DNA of 63,722 nucleotides, the filler included, from Reticulomyxa filosa (Eukaryota; Protista; Foraminifera), in NCBI GenBank assembly GCA_000512085.1. It is 17 parts of 17 records of this genome, joined end to end, with 100 filler letters (N's around TTAATTAATTAA, not from the genome) between each part and the next. Parts side by side here need not be neighbours in the genome. Positions count along the whole stretch, not along the records: positions 12,171 to 30,133 come from ASPP01003081.1; positions 30,234 to 32,544 come from ASPP01017115.1; positions 32,645 to 38,223 come from ASPP01003818.1; positions 38,324 to 40,106 come from ASPP01006031.1; 13 more parts are not named here. One strand, 5' to 3'. The stretch's first letter is position 1, and each line of letters starts with the position of its first letter. The translations under genes were made by a program, and so were the position numbers. The notes beneath the pieces were generated by a model. The model was not told the origin of the DNA, searched no databases, and saw only the letters and a program-made list of their open reading frames with translations. Of the stretch, positions 26,401 to 40,206 are shown one piece after another.

Positions 26401-27857
26401 TGTACATACTATGAGTATCATGTCTTTTATATACAATTTCTATTTTATTAGTATCTTTTTTATTTCTCTTGCAATATTGTTTGTTGTTCACTTTAGTATG
26501 CGTACACTTATCTGTTATATTACTTCAGTTTTACTTCAAATTCTTGTTGGTTCTTCATTTTTTTAAAAATATTATTCTTAGTTGTGTTCTGCCATATCCA
26601 ATACGATACTTTCTGGCTTCCAATTGGACAATGTCAGTGTTTTGTTCCAACGTCGTTTGATCTTATTGTTGGACTATTCGATCCACTGTTTTCAAAACGC
26701 TTGGAAGCGTCAAATTACTGTTCTCTGATCACAATCTCACAGATTTCTGATGTTTTTTTTAAGCAAAGAATTTGTATTCAAACTGAAAATGAAAAAACAC
26801 GTTTTGAAAAAGTGTGCATATAAAAATGATATCAATTATAGATCTATGTTTGTTTGATATTTTTTAAAAGACTACAATGAGTGGCACCCCATTAGTATGT
26901 TCCAACGTCGAAGCGCAAACTGAAATAAGGCGAAAGCTAAACAAAAGTTGTGAGTGTAGACGGCGGAGATCACTTGTCGGAGTTATTGACATTGAATTCA
27001 CAAGTTTTTTGACCAGTTTTTCCAAAAAAGACGGAACCAATGTCACGAGTAGCATTAATGGTATGTGCGACATTTGCGGCAACGACTTTTTGTCAGAGAT
27101 CAAATCTGTGCAAATGACAACTGTGGATATGGTCAAAACGGTAAGTGTGAGCGAACAAAGAATATTAAAGAAATCAAATAAGGATTCTCATAAGTCATGT
27201 AACAATAGAGAATGAAGATGAAAACACAAAAATGTTATTAATATGGGCAAGATATGATTAATATATTCAATAAACTATGATTTAAATCTCATTTAGATTG
27301 TCTTATCGAATATAAAAGAAGACGATATTTGTTAGAATTTGAAGAATGGAGAGTGCAACCAAACAATAAGATATTTTAGTTTAGGATAACACATAAGACG
27401 GATATATGATACAATAATGATTATGTCATTATTTTGACATTGAAAATTATTACACAAAAACAAAAATTACATTCTCAATTGATCCTAAAAGTCGTATTGA
27501 CCATGTTTTGTCTTTAAATAGTTCAAACAAACTTTTAATTCAAAATTTGTTAAGTAAAACTACAAAATGGTCATTTTGTCAGATTGTCATGTGAAACTGT
27601 GAGCATTAGCAAATGGTAGAAAGAACTCAAAGCATTATGTAAAAGAGGCATATTTTGATTGCCCTCGTCAAAATGTATGCACTAGACAAAACGAGTGCAA
27701 GGACTCGAGTTAGATAATGGAATAATCACTGATCAAATTAAAAAGCTATTGCCGATACAATTGATCCAAAACCATCAATCCAGATTTAAAATGAATTTCA
27801 TTGCAACTAAAATAGTTGTATAAAAAATTGATAATTACGATTTAACTTGTTTCTCCT

Positions 27858-27963
27858 CCAAAAAAAAACTCTACACTAATTGGAGTGACTCCACAAAAAA
27901 ACCCTGCTTTAATTGGAGTAATTCCAAAAAAACTCTGTATTAATTCGAGCGACTTCAAAAAAG
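27858..27963. repeat. Three diverged ~31-33-bp tandem units containing a small hairpin
   Basis: A-run+CTCTACACTAATTGGAGTGACTCC / A-run+CCCTGCTTTAATTGGAGTAATTCC / A-run+CTCTGTATTAATTCGAGCGACTTC. Confidence 0.75.
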
Positions 27964-28639
27964 TTAGTTTGAGTTTTTAATGAATAAGTACGATAAAAAA
28001 AGACCAAAATCACATTAATGTTGCTAAATTATTATCCAAAATGTTTTCCTCAATAATATTTTGCATTTTGGAACTGACAAGATTAGATATTCATTTTATC
28101 ACAAACAAGTTTATGGTAATATCTCGGAAATGGAAAAATCAATTAACACAGCGCTTTTGCGCCTAGATACAGTGCAACAGCACTAATAAAATCCCGTTAC
28201 AATTTACTTATGGAGAAACTATTGTTCGATTTCCAAAGCAAACAAATTATATCTCAAAACAGTCGTGTTTCTTGATTTTTTTGGATTGATGACAATGATA
28301 ATCAATGATTAAAATTTTGATTTGTTTTTTTACTTTGAAAAATTTTAACATTAGTATTACTTCAAAGGTGTATTTCATGAACGTTGCTACAAACTGACAT
28401 CAATAGGTTCAACAAAATACATAGAAAAAATAATACAATAAAAAGTAAATTGTGAAAAATAAAGCAATAAATTTAACTAAAAAAAATATTTAATTAAATT
28501 TGCTTTAAAAGAGATTATTTCTTATATTAATTCAAGTTCAATTTTGATGTATAAAAAAGTGCTAATAACTGTCATACAATCTTGTTGTTTCTATTTTTTA
28601 TTCTTTTTAACATAAATATGAAATGCAAAATAAAAACAA

Positions 28640-29430
28640 CTCAAAGTAATTGACATAGTCTTTGGGAATTGAATTCAATTCTCTAAAAGATGTCCTGAAT
28701 CATTTATGCATCTTTAATTGCAATTCAGTATCATATGCAATATTTCTTTTGCTATGATAGTGTGTGTTTGTTTAGATAGATTGAAGTAAAAAATGAGAAA
28801 AGAATTTGAATTAAAAGAAAAATGTATTGTTATTAGATAGCTTTATGACTGATAGCAATGGACAAGTGATATTAAATAGAATAAACACATTCAAACGAGA
28901 ATTTAAAATTGTTGCAACACAATCACCATTATTTCCTTTGTTATTGCTGTTGTAGATCAATAACATCACAATATAGTTTAAAATCCATCTAATTCAATAT
29001 GAAAGGTTGCGGATGATGTGGTATCGTGCATATTCATTACACAAGTGAAGAAAGAGGTGGAAATACAATTAACATTAGCATAAATGTAAATTGCTATTGG
29101 CACCAAACAAGACACAATCAATCACTTTACAAAAAAAAAACAAAAGAAGTATCCAAAGATGAAATTGAAATAAAATGATATTGATATTTATTAAGAAGGC
29201 CATGTCAATATTTAGGATTAATTGTGGACCAACTAATGATATTCTAGCAACATATTAATCACATTTATGGTAAAGTATCAAAAACAATTGGATATTTAAC
29301 ATTACAAAAAATATTTCCAAGCTTATCTGTATATAATTTATACATCATTGGAATATGACTATAATCATGAAATGAACCAGAATAATCACATAAGTAGGTT
29401 GGAAAGAATTAAAAAATCCATTTTCTATTA
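28640..29430 (+). mobile_element. Degenerate non-LTR retrotransposon reverse transcriptase
   Basis: ISFAYDSV-like (~28741-28766), LDSFMTDSNGQVILN, QSPLFPLLLLL*INNI (QGSPLSP-like), ADDV (29009-29020), LLAPNKTQ, YLGLIVD..QHINHIYGKVSKTIGYL. Confidence 0.85.
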
Positions 29431-30133
29431 CTTTTATTTTTCCACTTATTGTTTGTTGTTTGCCCACATCTTTGAAATATTCAAATTTATTTTCATATTT
29501 TTTCGTAATTCGTCTTTTTTTTTCATTATAACATCCAATAATATATAAAATGTTTCTTTTATTAAATAATGCAACACAATGTCTCAATGGGCTGGGTAAA
29601 GTGTTTTGCAATGTCGTCAATTTGTTTTCTCGAAATAAATACTTACAAACTGAATTTGACATAGCATATATTTATCAACAAATAAGATGAAATCATTGAC
29701 ATAAACATATTCATAGCTTCGTGATGGTAAAATATCATCACAAAAGCGTTTTATTTTCATCATATTTAATTGATAATACTGTACTTTGGCAAAATAACAG
29801 TATTTCATTCATCACTCCTGACGTTAATATAAAGCAATACCATATTTTAGTTATACTATTAAAGATTAGTATGTTTAATGAATTGGAATTTAGTCAAATC
29901 AAATACGCTAATATTATCTTTGTAATAAGTGGTAAATAACAAATTATTGTTTCTTCCACCAACAACTGCACGTTTTCCATGATACTTATATAATTCATAA
30001 CAATCCAATCCAATTAAAATGCTAAAAAAAATGTCGGATGGTGCCATATTTCAAGTCTTTGTAATAGCCAAAACGTTTCTTTTGCTCTTCTTTGGTTGTA
30101 TACGTTGAACGCATTTTGAGATATGAAAATACC
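29430..30133 (-). pseudogene. Kelch-like propeller pseudogene
   Basis: RAVVGGRNNNLLFTTYYKDNISVFDLTKFQFIKH, YEYVYVNDFILF and TLQNTLPSPLRHCVAL..YIIG in shifting frames. Same family as 1445-1985. Confidence 0.7.
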
Positions 30134-30233
30134 NNNNNNNNNNNNNNNNNNNNNNNNNNNNNNNNNNNNNNNNNNNNTTAATTAATTAANNNNNNNNNNN
30201 NNNNNNNNNNNNNNNNNNNNNNNNNNNNNNNNN

Positions 30234-30650
30234 ATCATATCTTGCGTTCTCACAAATACTCATACACAATATTTCACCTTTACATGTCTCTTCTTTTGAC
30301 AAATGGTTCGTTTTTGTCAGATTGTGTCGACATACATTGTATTCTAATTCACTCTGAAATTTGCTTCGATTCGTAAGATCGTGTCCAAACATTTTTAAAG
30401 GGAACTCTGGAGGTGACCACTCCACCTCAATATTCCCTCCAACCATATATGAAATTCGCAAGTTTGGAATTCTATCTTTGTCATTACCTTTCTCATTGAA
30501 GTATTTCATAAGTCCATCCATTTCAAAAATATGCGGGAGGGAAGGAACAAAAGAACCTAACAACCCAACCAAATTATCGCACACTATTTGATGTTATTCA
30601 CAATACATCCAATTAAAAGTATCGTGTTTCATACCAACAAATTTTTTAGA
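30234..30650 (-). CDS. Hypothetical protein, 3' partial
   Basis: ORF 30584 to the contig end (VPSLPHIFEMDGLMKYF..IEVEWSPPEFP). No family recognised. Confidence 0.35.
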
Positions 30651-31123
30651 GAGCTTCACGAGCAATCGTCAATTAAATGTTAAATTTTGTAATTTAAAAG
30701 TGTAAATGATTGAAAACACAAGTTTAACAAACAATTTTAGTTTTACTTGCTGAGCAATAATGAATATCAATGTTATACTGTTCAAGGAATTCGATACAAT
30801 AATATAAAAATTTTTTTTGACAGGCTCTAAAAAAAGTGCAAAGTGTGCGTGTTTTTTAAAACCAATATTTGACTGTATTAAACTCTATTTGTGCCAAAAA
30901 TTTAGTAGTGCTTTTCTCTTTAATACTTGAGTATTCCATGAACAGCTCAGGAGGCTATAAGACTATATCCTCCAAGAAGGTTATGTTGTGTGCTTTTGAA
31001 CTACGTTTGTTTGCAAAAAAATGTTTTGGTATCTTCTGAAAGGAGTGTAGCGCCTTTATTTGTTGACAAAAATAAAACAGAAAAAAAGAGCCAACCAACC
31101 AAGTGTATGCAGTCAAAGTCAAG

Positions 31124-31209
31124 CAAGCGATAGAAGTTGTATCCAAGATAATCCAAGTGATAAAAGTTTTATCCAAGATAATCCAAGTGATAAAAGTTTT
31201 ATCCAAAGC
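31124..31209. repeat. 30-bp tandem repeat, ~2.8 copies
   Basis: CAAGYGATARAAGTTKTATCCAAGATAATC at 31124, 31154 and 31184. Confidence 0.9.
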
Positions 31210-31647
31210 AAGACAGACAAGGATGTTGAAAACTATAGAAATAGCTGTCGATCATTTTCAACTTGCGATTCAAAACAGGCAAATTTATTTTCTTAAGTGA
31301 CAAAAAAGAAGGATACGCTTCCTTTGGAGAGAACTGGGGGAAAAGAGGGAGGAAAGAAGACAAAAACAACTACTTTTTAAACACGGAATCATAGGAGTTA
31401 ACTAAGCAGCAAAATGAACGTGAAGACGACAGAAAAGATGAGACAATAGGTGGGTCTGAAAAATATTACATATTGTATCACATACTCAGAGAAAAAAACC
31501 GATATACACGTATAAATATGATACAGACGACAAGACAATAGTCGGAGTCACTGAGAATGAACAAGAACAAGTCCAGAGCAACGATCAAAATAAAATACAA
31601 CAAGAAGAAAGTTTGTACTTTTCTTATTTAAAAAAACGTCATAACCT

Positions 31648-32544
31648 ATGATCAAGTTTGTATTTTTCGCAAATGTGATAGAAATTGAAACCGAAATTAA
31701 ACAATTGAAAACGAAAAACATGAACTGGGAGGAGGTCATGAACGCTTTGTCGACTGACGCAGCTGAAAGTAATAATTCTAACCAGCCACAGTCAAAACGA
31801 GAAGTTTGGAAAGCAATTCTTATACGTGGTGTACGTATATCTTTTTATACTTTTTAAAGAAAGAGTATAAAACCAAAATACATAAAAAAAGATAAACGAA
31901 CGAGTGTTTATTGACTTGCTTAAAATTTTCGAGGAGGATCCGTCAGTGAAAAAAATAGTGAAGAGATTACTAATCAACGAATTCTACGGTTTTCTCTTGT
32001 GGAAAAACATAACTCTACAACACTGGAGATGCTTCATCGATCGTATTGCAAAGGAGTGGGCGAAGGAGAACTTGCCGACATGGAAATTGGCGAAACAAAC
32101 AATTAACTACATTTGGAAGCGGTTTGTGAAACAAATTCCAGTGTATAGCAGCAGTGAGATCCCTGGCTTGAAAATTCCTGGCGTTGAAGTGTGTACGTAC
32201 CAATATTTGGAGGAGAAAGGCGTTATTCGGTTTCAAAGAGAAGAAAGAAAAGGTAGAGAGTATGTCTTCGCACGTATACATATACATATGTACAACACAC
32301 TCCTTACCAAAAAAAAAATATTTTCAGATGAACAAAATAAAGCCTTGAAACGAACATTTGAAATTCCTTTTGTAATATTGCTAAAGTTGGCACTTGGAAC
32401 ACCTAGATGTACGTTCCACGGAGAATTAAAAAATATTTGTGAAATGATCAAACAGTTGTGGGCATCAAATATTGAGTCACTGCTTATATCATTGTTGAAA
32501 TTAAAGTTGGAGTCATTTTGGGAAGAAGAAAATGGAGAAGAAAA
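31648..32544 (+). CDS. Hypothetical multi-exon protein, 3' partial
   Basis: Coding-like ORFs 31648-31857 and 31904-32544 separated by AT-rich intron-like tracts. No domain recognised. Confidence 0.5.
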
Positions 32545-34726
32545 NNNNNNNNNNNNNNNNNNNNNNNNNNNNNNNNNNNNNNNNNNNNTTAATTAATTAA
32601 NNNNNNNNNNNNNNNNNNNNNNNNNNNNNNNNNNNNNNNNNNNNGCTCTGGCTCTTGTTTTTGTTCTGTCGCTGGCTGTTGTTCTTCGTGGGTCTCTTCG
32701 CGTTTTTCTTCTGGCTCTTGTTTTGATTCCAATTCGGATCGTTGCTCTTGGTGCTGGTGCTGTTGTGGATTCAGCTCTGGATTGATCTACAATAAAGATT
32801 GTCAATTACCAATTAATGATTTACAAAGTTATTCAAATAAAAGAATTATGCATCATCACAAACCTTGTTTTTCTTTGGTCTCGGAGCCGGTATATCGTCC
32901 CCTAAATCACGAAGAGTTCTTTTTCGTGGAGCCTTGTTGCCTCCACTCACACCTATTCAAAGCATTAATATTGATTATTTGTGCTCCATTCACAAAATAA
33001 TGAACCACGTCCAAGTTTTTTCAAAAAAAAAAGTGTGCATGCACTCGGCACTAAAAGATCAAAAACTGGATTTATGTGTAAATGGAACCGTGAAATCAAG
33101 AAAATGTATTGGATGCAAAAGAAAAATGGTATAATATTTTACAATAATTAACTCCATTTTTAAGCCTCTTTTTTTGTTTGTTGTAGTGTGTTTTTAGTTA
33201 GAGATACCAGTACTTTGTGTTGAAAGTTTTTCAACAACTTTTTTATTTTCCATTTTTCCTTCCATATCTTTCTTTCCTTTTCCTTTTTTCTTTCAACTTT
33301 TTCAAAGTGGCTGTCAACTGAACCTTGAACTTAAGGGAAAAATTTGTTTGTGCTGTTACGATGTCGAATGAAACAAAATAATATGAAATTGATGTTGTCT
33401 AAAGCAGTTCAATATTACATTGCATTAATTTGTGATATCATTTATGTTATTCCATTCAACAAGAAGTATCTACACAAGTGCAATGATAATTCCTTTTGAT
33501 TTGTCCAAATAAAAAAGAAAAATGTTTCAGTATTCTCTCACTCTTTATCAACTATCTTCATTATTTCCGTTTTGTGTACTTTTCAACAGCTTTCATCAAA
33601 GAAAAAAGTAATAGATTTCCAAAAGCATGAGACTTTTAGCTTTACATTGCTGTTTTCCTTTTCTTTTTCGTTTACTGAAATTTTACATGTTATACCGAAG
33701 AAAAAAGAATATAAAGTATAAATGATATTAATTTGCTATTATTGCAGATGTGACAAATAGATTTCTTTAATTTTATGTATGTGTGATTGTATTTCCTTAT
33801 TTCTTTTAGATATTCACAAAAAAAATTGCGTCGAATCTGCTCATGTTACATGTGTGAAAATAGCTCAAGTTATTAACATCAGTTTTTTTTAACAAAGGCG
33901 AAGAATACTGACATGAACAAAACGCAAACACAAATAATCGCTTGGATATTGTAAGACAAGACTATTGTCGGTGTCGATAATACAAACAATTGCATAACAA
34001 TAAATAAATCATCATCGATAAAAAATCTGTTAGCACTCCAACTCAAACGAACAAGTCAATAGCGCACATATAAATGGAATTGAACAGTGAATTTTCGACT
34101 CTTCTTTGTGGAATATCTTCGAATTCCAAAATTCCGGCAATAACAATGCTATCGTTCAACGTATTGAAACTATATGGAATAACTCTAGTCAGTCACATAG
34201 AAAGAACTGTCAGTCATGATTGACTTCATAGTTTTGATAAAATCCTTGCTTTAAGATATAGTACTTATAAGTCATTGCCAGTAAATATTTTTGTAGATCT
34301 TTAAAGTATTTTTAGAAAATCATATTGTACAATAAAGGCTGAATATCGAAACATCTTTGTTTGAGTTACTTTACGTAATTAGAGAAAGAATACATGCGCA
34401 TTTGATCAAGCAATTGTTTGATGGTGATATCATGTTCACGAGGCTGTACCTTCGAGCATTAATAATTATTGTGAGACTTTGAAAAAAGAATGTATTTGAT
34501 TACAATGTTTGATTTTTGCTTATTTGAGAATAACTCTTTAGAATTAGTCAAATTACTACAGAAGTAACAGTGCTGACAAGGAAGAATGAAAAACCAATAA
34601 CAAATCTGATGACCAAGATGTCGCACAAGCCACTTGAATTTATACAATTTAACATTCACAGAAAAAAGAGATTAAAATACACTGAAGAATTCCACCAGGC
34701 CGTTCTTCGAATAATAATCAAAAGAT

Positions 34727-37200
34727 TCATCCCCATAAACAAATGGTTTTATCATGTGATGCAGAGCATAAAACATGCTGTGAAGAGGAGGCCACAGTAT
34801 TGCTAGTATCATCACTTTCATTATTTTTAGAATTAGTATCAGCGGTAATACTAGTTTGTAATTGCGCAAATTGCAGCGAATAAATGGAACTTTCATGACC
34901 ATTAAGAACAAACAATTCTTTGGTTGTTCGAATATCCCAAAAGCGAATGGTTTTGTCACACGAACCAGAACAAATCACATATCCAGTAGATGAAGATGAA
35001 GGAGATGGAGAAGGTGGAGAAGGTGGAGTAGTATTACCGGCAGAATTAAGAAAATTAAACCAAGATTTGGTACTGTTGCTAGTATCGTTGAAATTTAGAA
35101 CAGGCGAAAATTGAACACAATACACCGCATGCATATGTCCACTGAAAATGTGAGTTTGTTTGTTGGTTCGAATATCCCACAAACGTACTGTATTATCAGA
35201 TGATCCAGAACAAATGAGATTGGAAGAAAACGCAGAGCCAACAGCAGAAAGGGAAGGAGAAGAAGAATTAGAAGTAATATAAGATGGTGAATATTCCACA
35301 CATTTCACAGCATTTTCATGTCCTCTGAAAACCGATACTGGTTTTGTGGTTTGAATATCCCATACACGAACAGTAAGATCAGAAGATCCAGAACAAATGG
35401 TGTATCCAGAGCCACCAATAACACGGATAGTATTATTATTGGATTGCCCAACATCAGAAAAATCATGTATAGTCTTACTGTTTGAAAATTTAGTGCAATT
35501 GACCCAATTGGTATGTCCATTGAAAGTATTCAACATTTTGTAATTGGCAGCATCCCAAAGACGAATGGTATTATCCCGTGATCCAGAGCATAGAAATCGA
35601 CCAGAAAAGAAAGGAGAAAAATCAATACTCCGAATAGTGTCTTTATGTCCTTTGAGACATTGTAATTCATTTGCAGTTGCAATATCCCAAAATCTGATAG
35701 TATGATCTCCAGATGCAGAGCAAATGACAGAAGATAGACGTCGTGAATCACCAGGATGATTATCATGATCAGGATTGCCAGAATCATTTTTCCTCGTGGA
35801 TGAGGACAAGTAATGATGAAAGGGTGAAAATAACGCGCATGACACCCATTCAGTATGTCCTCTGAGAATTTGCAATTGTTTGGTCGATTGTGTATCCCAT
35901 ATCCGAATTGTTTTATCACTTGAAGCACTGCAAATGGTGCGACCACCATCAAATGGTGAAAGCTGCGCACTGTACACTGCGCCTTCATGTCCATCGAAAT
36001 TGCGCAGTCGTTTGATGGCCACAAACGATCGAAAGGAAAGAGAAGAAGAAGAAGAAGAGAAGAAGAAGAAGGAAAAGAATTTTACAAAATTTGAAATAGA
36101 AACAAAAGTGTTTTTTGTTGAATTGTTGGTTGTGTTATTTTTTTGTTCATCACCAGTTTGTTGGTGATATTTTTGTTCCTCTTTTTTCAACTCCTCAATT
36201 TGTGTTTGTTGGTATTTTAGTTGTTCATTGAGGGCTTCCACTTGCATTTGAAGTAGAAGGATTTGTTGATTCTTTTCCGCAATAACCTCTTCTTCCATTT
36301 CAATTTGCTCGTCATTCTGTTCCACTCCCTGCTTCAATTCCGGCACTTGGACGATCAATTGCTGACATATGGGCATACACATAATAAACACAAAGAATTC
36401 TTGTTTTTTTTTTTTTTTAAAAATTTTTTTGGTGTTCACTTTTTGGGTATTGTTTATCGAACAAACACAATTTGGGATGATGAAAGAGGGAGAGGGGGGG
36501 GGGGGACCTGAGTGGATTTCGACTTGGATTGTTTGAGTCGAATAATTTCCGTATCTTTCTGTTGTATTGCAGTATTCAATGATCGCACTAAATTGGCAAT
36601 CAAATTCAAATGCATCTGAGATTGCGATGTGCAATGCTGCTGCTTATCCTGCTCAACAAATGTGACATTACATCCAAATGGCTTGAATGGACAATCCAAT
36701 AATTTCAAATGACAATGATTGTCGAGATGATCCTGCATCTGTCTTAATTCTCCTTTGAATGCACATTCCATCACTTTTTCTCCATTTGTTGGCAATGTCG
36801 TTTCTCCCTCGCCTTCGCCCTTTTGCTGCTGATATGCGTTTTGCACATTGAGTTGGTAATGTCGTGGACAAATCACTTTCAAACTATCCACTTGATTTCG
36901 AAGGACTTTGATATTAACATACGTGCAATGGCCATGTTGGTCAATTGGACATTTCCCATCGTTTGCTTGAATGTATTGCTTGATACAATGCTCACCAACT
37001 GCAATTCCCTCGTGCTCTCTGCACGTCAGCTGAACTGGTGGGTAGGCAATTTGCCCACAAACTGTACAAACAAAGTGCTTGAGTTTGTCTGCCTTGTTCA
37101 GTGCTTGTATCCACCGCTTGTCCAAACATTTTTTAAGTGTGAAACCCAAAGCACCACCTCCTCTTTTTGCATCTTCTTCTATATTAGTCAGAGATAGCAT
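34727..37200 (-). CDS. Degenerate RING + TRAF-type Zn finger + coiled coil + WD40 protein (TRAF7-like architecture); intron 36507-36362
   Basis: CTVCGQI..LTCREH..GEHCIKQY..KCPIDQH; KVICP..CAFKGELRQMQDHLDNHC..CPFKPFGC..H; Q/E-rich coil; about 7 GH..WD repeats ending DKTICLWG*. Confidence 0.9.
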
Positions 37201-37477
37201 AGAGCGGTATTATCTTCTTTTATCTATTTATATACTAAGCACTTATTGATTAAGCCTCAAATAAAAATTTCCATAAATAGGGTTCTACTTTTATGAACAT
37301 GTCCCCTTTGTTCAAAGTAGACGTACATCTTTTGAGTAAATATAACGTTTGTTTATATATTATATATATAAATCTCAATCCATTTTGCTTCAAAGGCTTT
37401 TCATATTTCTGCAGATCTACCTTTTTTTGCAAAGGTTTGGGCCGGCGTAAAAGTAAAAAACTCCAAAAAAAAAAAAC

Positions 37478-38223
37478 ATGACCGAATCAAGTGATGAAGA
37501 AAGCAATACACGCTCTTCACAAGATGAATTTATTGCGAAAAAAACCTACAATCGTGATGTCTTCTTTAGTACACCATCACAATCATTGGATCTCGAGAAC
37601 AATCTAAACCAGCAAAAACACGGTACAACAACGGCCCAAGGCGAGACGTTGACAGCCACGGGCGCTCTTCCAGTAGACTTGTGGTTACCACCAGCGCAAA
37701 AAGACGAAAGCCAGCATAAGAAAAGCGAGTCAAAAACGCATCAGAAATCAAGTAGTAGACCCTGGCAATTTTTCCAAAAAAAGCTGAAATCGCCACAAAT
37801 AAAAAGTAAAAATAAAAGTAAGAGCAAAAGCAAAAGTAAAAAGGACGCAGCCACACAGTCCAAGGCAAATGAAAATGGCGATGAGAGTGACAGTTCCAGT
37901 GTGAAAGTGAAAGATCAAACAAACGTAATTCCACATTATGACAACGAGAAAGGGATAAGTATCTCCAAAGAGAAGCCTTCATTGGCCTCTTCACCAAAGG
38001 GATCATCGAGAAGCAAAGGCAAAGATAACCCTACGTCCACGGTCACAACGGGTTCAAATAAGAAAGCAGGTACATATAACGTATATAATAATATTGTATA
38101 TATATATAATATACAAGTTGTTGTATAAACGACGCTGGAAACGCGAGTGATTTCACTTTTGATGACTCATCCAAAAAATGGACAGATGTTGCTGCACGCG
38201 GAAATGGCAACAGCAATAGCAAT
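37478..38223 (+). CDS. Hypothetical Ser/Lys-rich protein, 3' partial
   Basis: 216-aa low-complexity ORF with an A-rich ATG context (AAAAACATG) and a probable donor near 38070. It is divergent from the WD40 gene, with 277 bp between the starts. Confidence 0.6.
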
Positions 38224-38439
38224 NNNNNNNNNNNNNNNNNNNNNNNNNNNNNNNNNNNNNNNNNNNNTTAATTAATTAANNNNNNNNNNNNNNNNNNNNN
38301 NNNNNNNNNNNNNNNNNNNNNNNATTCCACTGTTCCACAATTTGTTTTTCGCAAAAGTACATGAAAGCATATACATATACACATATTTGCATATATACGT
38401 CAAAAAAAAAAAAAAAAGAAGTGTGAAAAAAAGAAAAAT

Positions 38440-38900
38440 AGTTATAATAAAATTACCGCATTTTCGGATCAACAATTGCAAGAAATAGCCCTCTAAGGGC
38501 TCGCTATTCTCGCTTGAATTGTGCGATGAAGATGTTTCACTTCCACTATCATCGTCTGTGTTCCCTTCGTTTTCGATTTCAGTTGCCAACATTTGCAAGT
38601 CATTATCATTGCATATCTCTCTATCTTTCTCAGTTTCTTCCAAATTCTCTTTTGCGCTTTGAAAATGCACTATTTTCCATCTTAGATTGATGCTATACGT
38701 GTTGTCCATTATATTTTCCATTGCACTGAATTCTTCCTTGATTTTATGGACCAGCTGGTCAAAGGTTAGCTTTTTTTTGGAGGTCGTAAATACAAGATCT
38801 TTGTGGATACAGCTATGCTTATAATTTTGAGTGCCATCACCTACGTAGACACGAATCGCAGCTGATATTATTGTTATTGTGCAAGATCCCTTTATAAAGC
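38440..38900 (-). CDS. Hypothetical protein (possible PB1-like acidic motif)
   Basis: Open frame SAAIRVYVGD..LTFDQLVHKIKEEF..REICNDNDLQMLATE, followed by a probable intron. Confidence 0.45.
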
Positions 38901-39639
38901 AATCTCAAACAATTTCTTTTTCCTTCTCTTTAGCTCCATAATCTTCAATGAACTAATATTTGCACGCAAAGTAAAGAATAAATATTTTTTTACGCAAACC
39001 ATTTTCACTCTCCATTGACTGTCACCAATGGAAATTTATTGGAGCCAACGATAATAGTTAAATCTTTATAGATTGATTTTTTGTTGTACCCTCTCAAAAA
39101 CCAAAAACACAAGTGCTCATATTTTTTCAAAAAGAAATTCAATGTTCATTGCTCGTTTTAGAGACTGGTTACACAAGTTTTATAAATTATTTACGTGTTG
39201 ATAAATTAACTTATTTTTAAATAATGGAAGATATCAGAACTTTTGTTCTCATCCGAGAATTGTCTACCTGGTTCAGTAGTTTTTAAAAATCTTGAGAATT
39301 TTATTTGATCGAAGTTTTTTCAAGCTGTACGAGCACTAAGTTTCTTGGTTAACTTGTTGCAGCAGTACAAACTTTTGTGAAAAGTAAAGGTTTAAATTTT
39401 CTTTTGGAGCGTTGTTCCCTTCCATCTTGGACTACGAAACCATCCATGAATCGCTCAAATACTTCGCAAAAGACTTACAACAAAAGATATCCTCCGATTA
39501 GTGGTGATGCCACTTCAGCGATAAGGCAAGTATCATGTTAAAACATCTCAAAGAGACACGTCAGCAAAAACCACTATATTTTTTGGGCCTAACGTTTCTG
39601 AGCTTGTTTTGGCCTAACTTCGAATTTTAGACAATTAAG

Positions 39640-40075
39640 TTGTGATAATGGACAGGAAGCACGTTAATGGCAAAGTAGAACAACAATCTCAGAGTGATGC
39701 GAATAGTAAGAAGAATAATGTGAAGAGACGCCCATTGCATGAAATTACAAACAATGGAAAACAAGGAATACAATCAAAAACGGCTTGTGTCGGACAAATG
39801 ACAAAAAAAAAGGAGACGAAAAAAAGAGTGAAGGCAGTACGATGGTATCGAGGACATTGCCTAAATCGCAAAGCGTGGTGCCCAAAACAGTAACGAATGA
39901 GAGCAACCCGACAAAAGGCCGATCGAAAACACAGTACAAAACAAGCCAAAGCCAATGTCAATTGGCAACACTCAAAAAAGTGTCGAACAATAAAAGTGTC
40001 GTCCCAAAAGAAAACAAGCATTGCATGGCCAAAGTACCACCAAAAGGCAGGGGGCCTGTCACTTTGAAAAAGTTT
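39640..40075 (+). CDS. Hypothetical Lys-rich protein fragment
   Basis: ORFs 39642-39893 and 39785-40106 join across a poly-A run at ~39803-39810 (likely homopolymer frameshift). It contains RRPLHEITN, resembling a D-box-like degron. Confidence 0.4.
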
Positions 40076-40206
40076 GTTCTCTTTTTTTTTTTTTTTTTTT
40101 TTAAATNNNNNNNNNNNNNNNNNNNNNNNNNNNNNNNNNNNNNNNNNNNNTTAATTAATTAANNNNNNNNNNNNNNNNNNNNNNNNNNNNNNNNNNNNNN
40201 NNNNNN

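Noticed and set aside
31124-31209. 30-bp repeats as CRISPR
   Set aside because: Head-to-tail with no spacers, no cas genes, and a eukaryotic context.
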